A DNA stretch of 64,000 nt from the human T2T-CHM13v2.0 reference genome, Homo sapiens: the NCBI RefSeq assembly GCF_009914755.1, contig NC_060938.1, one strand, 5' to 3'. Positions 1-14,861 of this stretch are shown one piece after another. The notes under the pieces were generated by a model that made no database searches, had not been told where the DNA came from, and saw only the letters and a list, made by a program, of their open reading frames with translations. A program made the translations under genes and the position numbers. Positions within the stretch are counted from its first letter, which is position 1. Each line of letters opens with the position of its first letter.

Positions 1-949
1 CAATACATTTAGATTTTAAATGCTGGCTAGTTAGAAGGCGTACAGAGAAAAATGGAGTCTTGGATATATGGGAATCAAATGTAGGCCAGTCTGTATTTGT
101 CTGAATTCATATAAACGAGGCTGATCGGATACCCGAAGAACTCTCTGGGGACTAGGGAAGGGCAAGAAGGCAGTGCTGCCCAGGTATCTGAAGGAAAATG
201 TTTAGTGTCTGGGGAGGAGCAGTTTGGGGGTAGAGAATGTGAAGGCTCAAGGGAAAATAAACTGAGGTTAAGGGATTTGGATGATAGGAAAGACTATTGA
301 ATGCTCTGAGGTCAAGGGATTGATTAAATTTGCAAGAGACTTGCAAAACAACTCACGAGTTTCTCTGTGACAGCATTCTGCACCAGGCAGTTGGAGGCTT
401 TCTGCAGAGGAATTGCAAAGCAACTCAGGAGTTTGAAGCAACACATGAAGTCCTTTCCTTTCCAAATAGCTCAAGGAAGAAGAGCTATCTGAAGCCCTGG
501 AAAAAGCTAGCCTCTTAGGAATCTCAGTAGAAAGATAGAAAACAAGATTAGAAGCATTTTTTCCTTGAGAGATGCATACAGGATATTTCTTTCTCCTGAG
601 GGTGAGGAAGGAGAAGGAACTTCTTTAGGTCAAGACATTCAGGGAGAAGTGGGGAACTTGAATAAAAAGAATTGATTCCACTTCAGGTGCTGGACATGAC
701 TCCAACCCCAAATGAGAGGAAGGAGGCCAGGAGGGGACTGAATGAAAGGTGATCCAGTCTCCAAGAGAATGGGGAGCAAACGGATCCCAAAGGAAAATGC
801 AGAGTTGCACAGATGCACAGATGGAAGCCTGGGAAAGGGTGTCCCCTGGACCCAGTGCTTCCTCTGGATCATTGTGGACGCTTTGTTTACAACTAGAGAC
901 CCAGGTAACAGCCAAAAGATGTGGCTACAGGATAAAACGGCAAGCTGTA

Positions 950-1338
<389 letters not shown>

Positions 1339-1669
1339 CTAGGACTGCAGCTACTGGCCAGCGGCTGATGATAAGGGCGGCTATCGCTGCTGGCTCTATA
1401 TCTTACTTGGATCTTTTATATGGGGAATATAGTCATTTACTCATGAAATAATACAAAAGGAGAAAAACACACAAGCAGATCACAAAAGGTATCAAAACCA
1501 AGTTCTAACACTTCCCAGTCCCCTCCTAACTCCCTCCACTCCCACTAATATACTGGTTCTGGAGAAGAGAGAAAGGCTTTTTATTTAATTAAAATGTAAA
1601 ATACTTTCTCTCTCTCTCTCTCTCTTTTTTTTCTTTTCTTTTTTTACTGCTGGGTGGCTAGGGATATTC

Positions 1670-1682
1670 TGCTGACTCAGCA
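1670..1682. promoter_or_regulatory. Perfect T-MARE palindrome TGCTGACTCAGCA (MAF; contains AP-1 and ARE cores), SLC7A8 intron 3
   Basis: Exact 13-bp match in non-repeat sequence; function untested. Confidence 0.55.
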
Positions 1683-2324
1683 GTGAGTAATCAGCTTTGA
1701 CCTAAATAATAGAATAACTCGAAGTGGCAGCTGCAGTTGCATAAGTGTGATCCAAGTCTGCAGTTCCTTCCCTCTCCCTCTCCTCTCCCCGACCCGCTCA
1801 GGATCCGGCAGGCAAGCCAGTTTCAGCAGGTTCTTTCCACCTCTCCACCCCCACCACCTGGCTCCTCCCAACTTCATTTCTCATCAGTTCTCCTCCAAAA
1901 CAGCCCCACCATGGAACCAGACTTGGCCTCATCTCCTCCCTCCCCCAGCAAACCCTCGCCACGGGCTTTACCACACAGGCTCTCCCTGCTGGGCCCTGTG
2001 CCCTGTCCTCCAGTGCCCTCCATTATACACCAATGACCTCTCCACAGAGGGTGGCCTTTCCTCAAAACCTCTCGCTTCACAGTCATCAGCATGTCGCCAC
2101 AGGACAGCAGGAAGCAGAGTTCCCCATGTGCATATGTTTACGCCACACCGGAACTCTACTGCGTCTCTCAAAAGAGACACAGGCTGGGCTTATTTTATGT
2201 AGCTGGCTTGCCTGGCCCCTGCTAAGAGGATGAGGAGGGCTGGATGATGGTGGGGGTAGGTGGGTGGGTGGGAGGGGTGCTGGAATAAAAAGTGCCAGCA
2301 TTTAATGAAAGATAGCGTCTACCA

Positions 2325-2731
<407 letters not shown>

Positions 2732-4619
2732 CTATAGAAGTGGATTAAAAAAAAAAAGTATTCAACAAACCGGAAAACAGAACCTCTGTACACAGACTCA
2801 AAGCAGCTGGGAGTGTCAGGTATAAGGAAAGGGAGAGAGGAAGTTTGTTATAGCTAATGCATGTACGTGTGCACCCTGCCGGGCAGAGGGATGGCAGCTC
2901 CACATGGCCTTCACAGCTAGGAGGAAAGGGACACTGCAGCGGGACAGGTGTGGAGCTGGTTTCCATTTCCCCTAAAGGAAATAAGGAAGACTACGCTTGG
3001 GAATAAGAAGGATTTAAGATTTTTCTGCTTATGAAGGTAGACAAATATTTGAACCCATATTTCAAGGACATTGAAAATTCCTGTCTTTAGAGGACAAGAT
3101 TGGCTACTGTTAAGTTGGAGATAATTTCCTTGCAGTTCTGCTGAGAAGGCAGAGGCCAAACTTAGATAAGCTTTATTGAATCTTTGACTACAGGAATAGA
3201 GGAGGGGGGTCTTGTCATTTTTGTCATCAGCCAGTTTCTAAATTTCTCCTTGGCTTGGTCCTTGCAGTGTCTAGGTGAGGGGAAGGCTGTGGAGAGGACT
3301 GTGCAACATGTCATTCTGGAGCAGGGCTACAGGCAGGTGGCGTTCTTATCTCCTAGGAGAGTTTGGACCTTTCTGGTCCGAGGGGACGCCAAAAAGGCTA
3401 CACTACTTTGGAGGGTCTTTGTGCAAGAGGTCAAACCCTTGGCAGATTTGGGGAATGCAAAGAAAGCCATGGGGTCTGGCTGCCTGGGAACTTCTTCAAC
3501 CTGTGGCCTGGCTCCTCTCCTAGGGTGCAAACTGAACAGCCTCGGGGGTTCTTGATTTCTAGTAGAAGGGTAAGGGTGGCCTCTTGTCTGAGACACTTTA
3601 GCAGCATCAGCAGGAAAAAGGAAGCTGTCTGTGTGCAAAGAAACACCAAAACAGCAGTAGCTAGCACTTCTGTGGCCTTGCCTCCCACCCTCCCATTAGC
3701 TGATCTGATGGCAGAAACAGCACTCTTCCTGCATTCCCACGCCCTCGCTCTTCCCCGCTCCCCATCTCAACTCTGGATCCAGCTAGGATGCAAGGATAAA
3801 GTGGCCCCAGCATCTTGCCCACCCCCAGTGACTGATATGACTGGGGTGCTGGGTGTCTAACACTGTGCTGAGGGTGTCCCCTTCCTTCTCTCTTGCAGTC
3901 CTTGTGACCACGACCTCTTGAGGCAGCTAGGATTACACTCCCCATCTCACAGTAGGGTGGACGAGTGATTTTGCCCAGCACTCACCACTGCAGTTAGAAA
4001 TGGTGGACTGGAGATGCAGGCGCAGGCAGCCTGGTTTTGGAGCCTGCATTCCTCTGCCTCCAGATCTGTGAGCAGGCCTGATCAAACACAAGGAATACAC
4101 CCCCAAACAAATGTCTTGGCCCCATATTGCAAATGGCCTGGGTGGTGGAGGTCTGTCCCAGGGTTGACCAGCACTGCCAAAGAGGGCTCACTTGCCAAGG
4201 AGACCGCCTCTTGGGTCCCAGCTGCCTGCCCTGTAAGAGGCTACTGAGGTGGGTGAGTGATCTCTTCCTCCCCCATCCCGTAACAGGACAGAAGGAAAAG
4301 TGTCAGGACCTGGGAAAGCATATGGCCAGGATGATCACTGCCCTCAGCTAAGTGTATGTGTGTTAGAAGCTATGGGAAGGCAGGGACCCAGTGAACCCTA
4401 GAGGTGGAGCCCCTGAAACATATCTAAGTATTTACTTTAGAAATTAGTTTTTGATTAAAGATGTAAAATACCCCAATCCATTGAGATGACTAATATCAGA
4501 GATAAAGCTTTGAGACTTCCTAGAAATACGGCTCTGCAGAACTTCTCTAGGAAGCCTCTCTAACCTATTCCAGCCCACAGAGATCTTTTCCCCTTCTCTG
4601 AATTTTATTGTTATTGTTG

Positions 4620-4800
4620 TTTTTAATTTCTTTTTTTTTTTTAGAGACAGGATCTCACTATGTTGCCCAGGCTGGAGTGCAGTGGCTATTCATAGGTGTA
4701 ATCATAGCTCACTGTGGCCCAGAACTCCCAGGGTCAATCGACCCTCCTACCTCAGCCTCCCAGGTAGCTGGAACTACAGGTGTACACCACCATGCCTAGC
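4620..4800 (-). mobile_element. Old Alu monomer/right arm (FRAM/AluJ-like)
   Basis: Poly-T followed by GAGACAGG...CCCAGGCTGGAGTGCAGTGG. Confidence 0.85.
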
Positions 4801-5289
4801 TCCCTTCTCTGAATTTTTACTGCAATTGAATCCTAACCACAGTATCTGTCTATATGGCTTTTCTCCTAGTTAGAAAACTCATCAAGGGCAGGGATCATGG
4901 ACAAAACCTTCTCCAAGAGAGTTAAAAGAGTGTGACTTGACAAGTTGAGGTAGAAGTAGATGTGGACCTACTGCCAAGAAGCCAGAGTAATCTTCCTAGG
5001 AGCAGCTGGGAGTAGCCAGCACAGTGCAGTGCACTGGACAGACAAGAAATCAGGAGCCCTTGCACTCCACGTGGCCTGCCTCCCTGGGCAAGTCATTTGC
5101 CTGGCTCTCTGTTTCCTTATCTGTTCTGGGAAAATGTTAACACTGGCCCAGCTTACCTCATGGACTTGTCATTAGGCCCAAATCAGATAATATAGGTGAA
5201 AGTGCTTTGCGTAATGTCAAGAACCCTGCCAGTGAAAATCATAGTGCCTCCAAGGAGCTACTTAAGTTTCTTTCTTTTTTTTTTTTTTA

Positions 5290-5679
<390 letters not shown>

Positions 5680-5736
5680 TTAGGAGAGTCAGAGACATGT
5701 AGACCTCCAGGGAGGATAAAAGAGGCTGTCCCTCAG

Positions 5737-5905
5737 ACTGGGTGCAGTGGCTCACACCTGTAACCACAACACTTTGGGAGGCCGAGGCAGGAGGATCACT
5801 TGAGCCCAGGAGTTCAAGGCTGCAGTGAGCTATGATCATGCGGCTGCGCTCCAGCCTGAGTGACAGAGTGAAGACTCTGTTTCTAAAAATAATAATAATA
5901 AATAT
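5737..5905 (+). mobile_element. Old Alu monomer-length element ~45 nt from the exon 3 donor
   Basis: Alu sequence with (TAA)n tail; AAAAGAGGCTGTC on both flanks. Confidence 0.85.
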
Positions 5906-5949
5906 AGTAAAAGAGGCTGTCTTGCTACCAAGACCCAGATGACACTTAC

Positions 5950-6101
5950 ATAAGCAGATGGCAGCCAGGAGCCGAAGGCCAGACTCTGGGGGGAAGCAGG
6001 TGGGGAAGAGCGGCTGCAGCACGTAGTTGGAGAAGGTGAGGGCGATGACAGCCTGGTTGGTGGGGTAGATCACCAGCACAGCAATCCACAGCCTCAGGAA
6101 C
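5950..6101 (-). CDS. SLC7A8: SLC7A8 coding exon 3 (152 nt, [50 protein letters not shown])
   Basis: Acceptor CTCCTTCAG|G at 6101, donor TAT|GTAAGT after 5950; TM3 and the extracellular loop with the Cys (FPTC) that bonds to 4F2hc/SLC3A2 in LAT family members; the gene continues left of the window. Confidence 0.97.
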
Positions 6102-7003
6102 CTGAAGGAGGAAAGGGACATCCGCCGAAAGGCATGGCAGGGACGCAGAGCCATCAGGGGAGAGCCCGGGCAAGTCATGCATCTCTTTTTTATTTTCAAG
6201 GATGCTGAAGAGCCCAGCCTCTGCCCCCACCCACAAATGAGACACCCAGCCCTCTGCAGTGACAATAAAATGGTTTAATGATGAAGAGTTAAATTTCCAC
6301 AAGCACTAACACAAGTCTTGGCGTTCTTCCTTTCTCTCCTCTCCTTTCATGATCTCTTCTCCATCACTGTGGCCACCAGCATCCAATGGTGGAAAAACAA
6401 AATTTGCAACCCCAGAATGTTGATAGACAGGACATACTAAGGGTGTGGTTACGTAAGCAATAATCAGGAGAGGTATCAAGTGGGGGTTTGCAGGGGAAGC
6501 GCCTTCCACACCTTTTGGCCCATTGGTGAGGGTTTACCAATGGCAGGGATGCAGAAATTGAGGAAATTTAAGATTAGGGCCCAGCTCTAGAGGGAGGCCA
6601 TTATCCTTGGTAGTGTGAGAAGAGGGTACACTCTACCTTAGCTGGCCACTCTCATTTGTCAAGATAGAAGGTTGTTGTTTTTGTGATGTGCTTTCTCTGG
6701 GAATCTATGGTCAGTGTTGTTACACAGTTCTGTTTGCTCTCACTCATAGACTCCTTCCCACTAAGATCAACATAGAGGTCAAAACTACAAACCTGGTCCT
6801 CCATCATTATCGGGAGCCTCAAGGGGATACAAGGCTACACTAGCAACCATGGCAGGAAAGCAGAAGAGACATTCCATTCACTAGCACCCCGTGGCACACT
6901 GGAGACTGGAAACCCCTGGCCTTGGCTTTTTCCAATCTGACCTCCTTCTGAATGTCTTCCTCCTTTTCCCCTAGACCATTCAGGTCTCCACAGATCCTCT
7001 TAC

Positions 7004-7208
7004 CCAGCCAGTCCTCCGAAGATGTCCTTGACATAGGAGTAGTCACCTCCAGATTTGGGGATGGTGACCCCGAGTTCAGCATAGCAGAGGGCTCCCACAA
7101 CTGTGATGAAGCCCGTCACAATCCAGACGATGAGAGCAAGGCCCACAGAACCAGCATTCTCCAGCACTCCCTTTGGCGAGACAAAGATTCCAGAGCCGAT
7201 GATGTTCC
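7004..7208 (-). CDS. SLC7A8: SLC7A8 coding exon 2 (205 nt, [16 protein letters not shown]...[27 protein letters not shown])
   Basis: Acceptor TGCAG|GG at 7208, donor TGG|GTAAGA after 7004; SLC7/APC signatures IGSGIF and YAELG..IPKSGG.Y; phase continues from exon 1. Confidence 0.97.
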
Positions 7209-9732
7209 CTGCATGAGGCACCAAGGGTAAGGAGGGGAGACAGTAGAGACAGGACGGTTGGCAGGATTGGCATTTGGAGGGTGGTCTCATTTCTGATCTG
7301 ATTCTGAAATGCCTTGGATATATGTAAATGATCTGCAGGCAGGTGTGCCTAGCAATAATTCTCCCTGAAGTAGGGGAAAGAGGAGCAGAGAACTGACACT
7401 TATTGACCAGGAACTTGGTCAGGTACTTTCCACATCTCATTTAATCCTCAGGATGACACTATGGAATCAGATATTTCTCACATTTTACAGAGGAGGAAAC
7501 TGAGTCTCAGAGATACCAAGTGAGTTGCCTAGGTCCACATCGCAGTAAGTGATGGTGAAGTATTGAATCTCAGGACCCTCCAGCTGAGCGACACGTGGTC
7601 CACCCAAAGTGACAAGGGCTTCAAGACTCTCTGAAAATGGCAGGGCTGGAAAAGTGGGCTGTTTTCAGAGACCACCTGCCACTGGAAGGCTTCAAAAATG
7701 AGCCAAAGGGCAATATTTTTTGGACAGATTGTGGTCATACCCCAAGACTGGGGGTTTTCAAGACTTACAAGTGTGGAAAACACTCCTGGAGGCTGGCTTC
7801 TACCCTAGACATGACGGCCCCACCCTTGGTGAAGAACATAAAATAACTCTATAAAAACAGTCCTAGTGGTTTAGAAGTGGTGTGTAGGAATGCAATACAT
7901 ACAAAGCCTCAGTACTGCATTCTTTCAAAGGTCATTACCCACCAATGTTTCATGTGACCCTCAAAACAACCTTATGGAATTCAGGGAGAGGAGAGGGGCA
8001 GGTACTTCCCTCTCTATTTTACAAACTAAGAGATTAAGACATAGAGGGGTTAAGTGGCTTTCTCCAAATTCCACAGCTACTGATGGGTAAAATTGGATCT
8101 AGAAGTCAGTCTCCTGATACTTAATCCGGCAATCTTTCCACTAATCCACTTCTGCTTGTGTGCAGGGGCTGGTTTTCTCCTGAGAGGTGAGGCCCGCAGC
8201 CGGTACTGAATGGCTGGCTGCTGGGTTGTGTGTTACGCAGACGAGGAGTAAGAGTGTGGAGGCCGTTCCTGACATGCTTCCTCCCAAATGTTCCTCTGTC
8301 CACTTCTTGTGGTAAAAGAGGTCATCGGGGTCCATTGAGTGGGTGCTTTGAAAGTGCTGCTTCATGCTCTGCCCAGCTGCACTGCTAAATGCCTGAGGAA
8401 AGGAGCAGAGACCAAACGGATCCAGGTGGAAAGGCAGAGCTAGAGTATCCTGAGGTCAGCTGGATTTGACTGTGTTCTAAGGACATCTCAAGCCTCCATG
8501 ATCTCTCTGTAGTGGTCTGGAACCAGTGAGATGGAGATTGTAAGGTGCTATGCTCAGCTTTTAAAAACTGATGGTCAGATCTCAACCATAACTCAACCTC
8601 AATCTAGCCCTGAGACTGAAATATAGGATCAGAGGGCACAGGCTGAAGTTAGATGCAGAGGAAAAGGAAGCACATATTTGTCTCAAATATGTCTTCCTAA
8701 TTTTGGTGCTAACAGTCTTTCCCAACAGAACAGGGCTGCTTACAGAAATGAAACTAAGAGAAATAATTCCTCATCATCAAATTAGTGATAATAATTATCA
8801 GGCAAAGAGAAGATAGAAAAAGGAGATTCTGAGTGCCACCAATCCTTTACAGACTTTTCCTCTTCTTGTAAGTTTATGTAAAGTTCTATGATAGGACAAC
8901 AGGACATCTTTCAGCCCTCCTCTCTCAGACAGTCCCCATATGCTCTATTCAGAAGTACTGGGTTAGCAGGGACTACAAAACCTGCTTGTAGTATTCCAGG
9001 ACTTTGGACACGTTCCCCCTTCCAGTGATTCTTCCCCTGCCAAACTGCTGTTCTCTGGACAATATCAAGTGCTGGGAAATGAGAGATCTAGAGACAGGTT
9101 TGCTAATAGTGCTGAAAGATGATAGTAAATTCCTTGCCTAGCAGGAAGTTATCAAAAGAGCGATCCATAGGGAATTTCAAAGCCAGCCAAGACTACAGCA
9201 ATAAAGCTAGGGTTATAAAACCAGCTCAAGGAGTTAGAAAAACAATCAATAGCAGCAGAAAAACAAGGTTTGACTTTGGTCTTTAAGGTACTGAAAAGGG
9301 AGGAGTGTATAGCTAGGTGCTTCTAAGAGCCAAGAATGGCTGTTGCAAGAGGGAAAATGAGGATGGGTGTTATTTAATAGATCCCATCTTCTCAGGAATG
9401 AAGAGTGTCAGTGTTCCACTAAGGGTTCGTAGAAAACAAACACTGCAGCAGGGATCAGTAAGTGCTTCTCTTCTGTTTTCACTCTGACATTTCGAGTATG
9501 TTCCCTTGTTCTAGGCCACAGGAGCCACTGGAAGATGGGACGTGCAACACTAACTGCCCACTTCTTGCCTTTGCTTCTTGGAGGCCCCAACCTTTAAGAA
9601 CTCTGGCAGAGAGCTGCCAGAGTGATTGCGAGGGTCACAGTAGATTGGCATTGGAATAAGAGTCCTCACTTCATAAAAATTGGGTTTCTGCCCCCAAAAC
9701 CTTATTTTTGACCAAATTAAAATTACAAAGAT

Positions 9733-10390
<658 letters not shown>

Positions 10391-11081
10391 TAGGGGAAGA
10401 AAGTAGGACAATTATAATTCCTATTTTTCAAGTGGGAAAAATGACGGTATTATTATCCCTATTTTATGGATGAAGAAACTGAGACCTAGAAAGGCAGTTA
10501 TTTGCCTAAATCATAGGGTGAGTTTGTTGTAGCTGGACCGGAAGCTAAATCTTCTGTCACAGCCTCCAGCTTTTCCCTGATAATAAAAGGTCTTCCTAAT
10601 ACACTGGGGTCAGTCTTCTATGCTGTACTTCATAGGCAATGGGAATGGTTCACAGGAGGCACTTATTGAAGAGTTGGAACACAGATCTGATTCCTTCCTT
10701 CTATTGCAGTACCACCTTCAGTGGGGATTTATAAAACATTGATATCCATTACCTTACTTGATCTCCTAAGTACTTTCTTAGGTGCAGAGGGCAGGTCATA
10801 TCATTCCTATTTTACCATTGCAAAAACTGAGGCTCAGAGAGGTGAAGGGACTTTATCAAAGTCATGCACTGCATAAGTAGCAAGGCCTGGATGAGAAGCT
10901 AAGTCCTTGGACTCCTGGTCCAGACTTTCCTCCATGATTCCATGCTGCCTCCCCTCTGGAAACTGCACAACAGACACTTTTCCAGTTGGGCTTTTCAACT
11001 TGGACACTGTCTAAGTGAGACTTTCCTGGAGTGGCTTTGAAAAAGACGAACTGGGAAAAGGCTTTTCTACTTTGACTATGA

Positions 11082-11697
<616 letters not shown>

Positions 11698-13307
11698 ACA
11701 CACGTTTCTTGATGAGATATAGGAAGAAAGTTGATTACTGTGGGTTTTTTCCTCCAATGTTTTAGCTTAGACTCATTGTCTGTAAAGCCACTTAGAATGA
11801 GACGCACATCCGTCTGGTATTGCTGAGGTACTCAAGGTTAGAGTTTTAGTCCTGCTTCTATCCTCCCCAACTAATAAAGTAATCATCTTATCACGCAGAT
11901 CTTCTTTAGTGAAGAATGAATTCTAGGATGCCTGGACAATGAAACCCAGTTTGGCTTGTTCTGTCAAAGAAAAACCAAGCAAATCATTTCATTAAAAAGG
12001 AGCCATGTTGTCTCAATGGGCAAGTCTTCACTAGAAAAATTGCCGGAATTGAGAAAACCCACATTTGCCGTGAATAATCACTAACTCCCCCATCTGTAGA
12101 CCAATACCCATGTGACTCCCATTAAAGCATTACTCACATCTAGGCTTGTCCACACGAGAATGTTACAGCCATCAAAGAATTTCCTAAGGCATAGAATTAC
12201 AGAGTTCTGATGCCCAACAGACCCTCAGATCCAAAAGGCTTTGGCCTTCCTTGCTCATGCTAGCCTTGAAATCTAGCCACAGCCTCCTCCTGGGGCTTCG
12301 AGGTTTTGGCCATTTCCATGATGTCCAGAGAAAGCTAGGTGAACCTGCTTTGTGTTTCTTCCACAAAGTGGCTGAGAGGATCTCAGAGCTTTTCAGGACT
12401 AAGGGAACAGCGTGAAAGCAGGTCTGGCATGTGGGGCCCAGGCTTTGATCTTCACGCCAGGCCTGGAAGCTCACCATGCCTCTCACCCTGTTTACACTTT
12501 CCCATCGGGACTGTACAAACAGCTCCTCAGGGGTGGTAGCAGGTCAAGACTCTGACACATGCCCTGAGGAGTCAACATCTTCTGCAGATTGAGATGTGGA
12601 AGGCACTGCAGAACACTGCTCTTCTGGATTTCTTATTGAAAGCATGAAAAGGGCACTAGACTTAGAGCTGGAGGAGAAACTTTGTCCCTGCTTTGCTATG
12701 TGACCTGAATTTTTCTGAAAATCAGTCTCTTCATCTGCAGAATGGGAGTAATTGTTCCTGCCCTGCCTACCTCAACAGGGTTGTTGTGGGGAATCAAGGG
12801 AGAGGTTACATGTGAGGCACTTTATGATTTGTGAAACGCTAACAAATGTAAGGAATGGCTAGGATTTGTAGCAGTAGGGACAGAGACCAGCCCTAGAAGA
12901 ATTCAATGGACTTGCTTTGGAGGCTTGGCTCCAAAACAGCACTGTACAGCCAGGACTGTGAAACATTCTCTGAGTCATTTGTCTGCTGGTCTAGGTGTAA
13001 TTTGTAGATGCCGCAGGTGGGCGGGCAGCAGGTAATTGCATCTCAAAAGGTATTTATTGAGCGCCCACTCTGTACATGCTTGTTTTGGGAGGTAATTGGG
13101 AAACACTTGTTCACACATGGACTTTTAATGAAACGGATGGAGCCAACTACCAGCTACTGAAAGACAGGCATCGTAGCCTGGGGGTGGTGGGGGGCTGAGT
13201 GTTGCGCCCTCAAATAAGCCCATGAAGGACCCACATCTTGCCTCCAGCATTCCCGGCCCAACTGGGGAGCCAGGCATCCACAGTGAGAGGCTTTGTCTTC
13301 CTTGCTG

Positions 13308-13485
13308 GTTTTCAACTGAGAACAACTTGTCTACCACCTCAAGAAGACAGCTGGCCGTATCTGGAGACACTTTTGGTTGTCACAATGAGGGTGGGAGAGC
13401 TACCAGCACCTCGTGTGCAGAGGCCAGTAACACTGCTAAACATCCTACAATAGACAGGATAGCTTCCCACAACAAAGTATCTGGG
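13308..13485. mobile_element. MER20-like hAT DNA transposon fragment
   Basis: CTGGAGACACTTTTGGTTGTCACAA...GAGGCCAG...TGCTAAACATCCTACAAT resembles MER20. Confidence 0.75.
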
Positions 13486-14319
13486 CTTCATTGAAGTTTG
13501 AAGGTAGAACAGGGCTTCTCAACCTCAGCACTGTTACTTTTGGTTAAGCTCTAATCCCTTTCAAATTTGAGCCTGGATGATTTTTTTTTTTAAAGCTAAG
13601 CCCAAAAATGTAGTATTCATGGGAATAACTCATTTTTAAACAGAACAAAATTTTCATTGTGGTAAAGACACGTAACAAAATTTACCATCTTAACCATTTT
13701 TAAGTCTATAGTTTAGCAGTGTTAAGTATATTCACATCGTTGTGAGGCAATCTTGAATAATGATTTGTTTTTGACTGACTGCTATTATTCAATACTCACC
13801 ATGTACTAGGTTATAGGATGTGAAAGTGAGACACAGTGCCTGGTTTCAAGGAACTGTGTGGAAAGGGAAGACACATGTGCACAGACACAGAACTGATACC
13901 ACCACGCAGAGCAGAAGCTGCATGAGGGCTATTGCAATATATGGCAAGATTTTAATGGGTGGAAAAAAAATCACTGGCATGGGCTGTTCAGAAAAGTCTT
14001 CCTGGGAGAGGGGAGTGTCAGACTGATGCTGATGAGTGAGTAGACTCAGCTCAGCAAAGAGAAAAGGAAAAGCAACCAGCTGGTTGCTAAGCAGATCAGA
14101 CTTGGCCTGAAATGGTCAGTCTTCTTACTGGATCAGTCCAACTGAAATTTCAGAACCAAAATTATTGAGTTTGTGAGTTGGGGGTGGGAACCACTAATCA
14201 TCAATGGTTCCCCCCATTCTACAACATACTGATGCACTCTGGTATCTTCCAATAAATATTCATTTCTTTCTCTCCTCGAGTTAAAGGAGTGCAAGGGCTT
14301 TGTTTTATTTTTTAAATTT

Positions 14320-14608
14320 TTACTTTTTTTTTTGAGACAAGGTCTCACTCTGTCACCCAGGCTGGAGTGCACAATCACAGCTCACTGCAACCTCTGCCTC
14401 CCAAGCTCAAGCAATCCTCCCACCTCAGCCTCCCTAGTGCTGGGACCACAGGCGTGTGCCACCCCACCCGACTAATTTTTAAATATTTTGTAGAGGCAGG
14501 GTCCCACTGTGTTGCCCAGGCTGGTCTTGAACTCCTGGATCCAAGTGATCCTCCCACCTCAGCCTCCCAAAGTGCTGGAATTACAAGTATGTGCCACCCC
14601 ACCTGGCC
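14320..14608 (-). mobile_element. AluJ
   Basis: Reverse-complement Alu dimer. Confidence 0.9.
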
Positions 14609-14846
14609 AGCTTTGTTTAAATACTCCACAAGAAACTTCCATTGCACAGCTAAGTAAACTGATAATTAGCTTGCTCAAGATTACAAAGATTGTAAATAGG
14701 GAAGCGGTTTGCAAACTTAAGACTATCTCTAAAGCCCATCTTTTTCTAATCAGTGGTTCCTCCCAGTCTATGGCATGCCGATGCAAATCATGGAAAAATT
14801 CACTCTAAACTTTCTGCTTTCAATATCAGGGTCCAAATACCACCTT

Positions 14847-14861
14847 AAGTCAACCTGACCT
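14847..14861. promoter_or_regulatory. Near-consensus estrogen response element AAGTCAaccTGACCT in intron 1
   Basis: One mismatch to AGGTCAnnnTGACCT; adjacent GATA and forkhead motifs. Confidence 0.45.

Noticed and set aside
7000-7440. 146-aa minus-strand ORF
   Set aside because: Exon 2 plus upstream intron/MIR sequence; the real exon starts at the 7208 acceptor
8319-8333. AGGTCAtcgGGGTCC DR3-like nuclear receptor motif
   Set aside because: Second half-site is imperfect and there is no supporting cluster; too weak on its own
8960-9300. Possible ancient CR1/L3 or pseudogene remnant
   Set aside because: Only vague resemblance; cannot be supported without an HMM search
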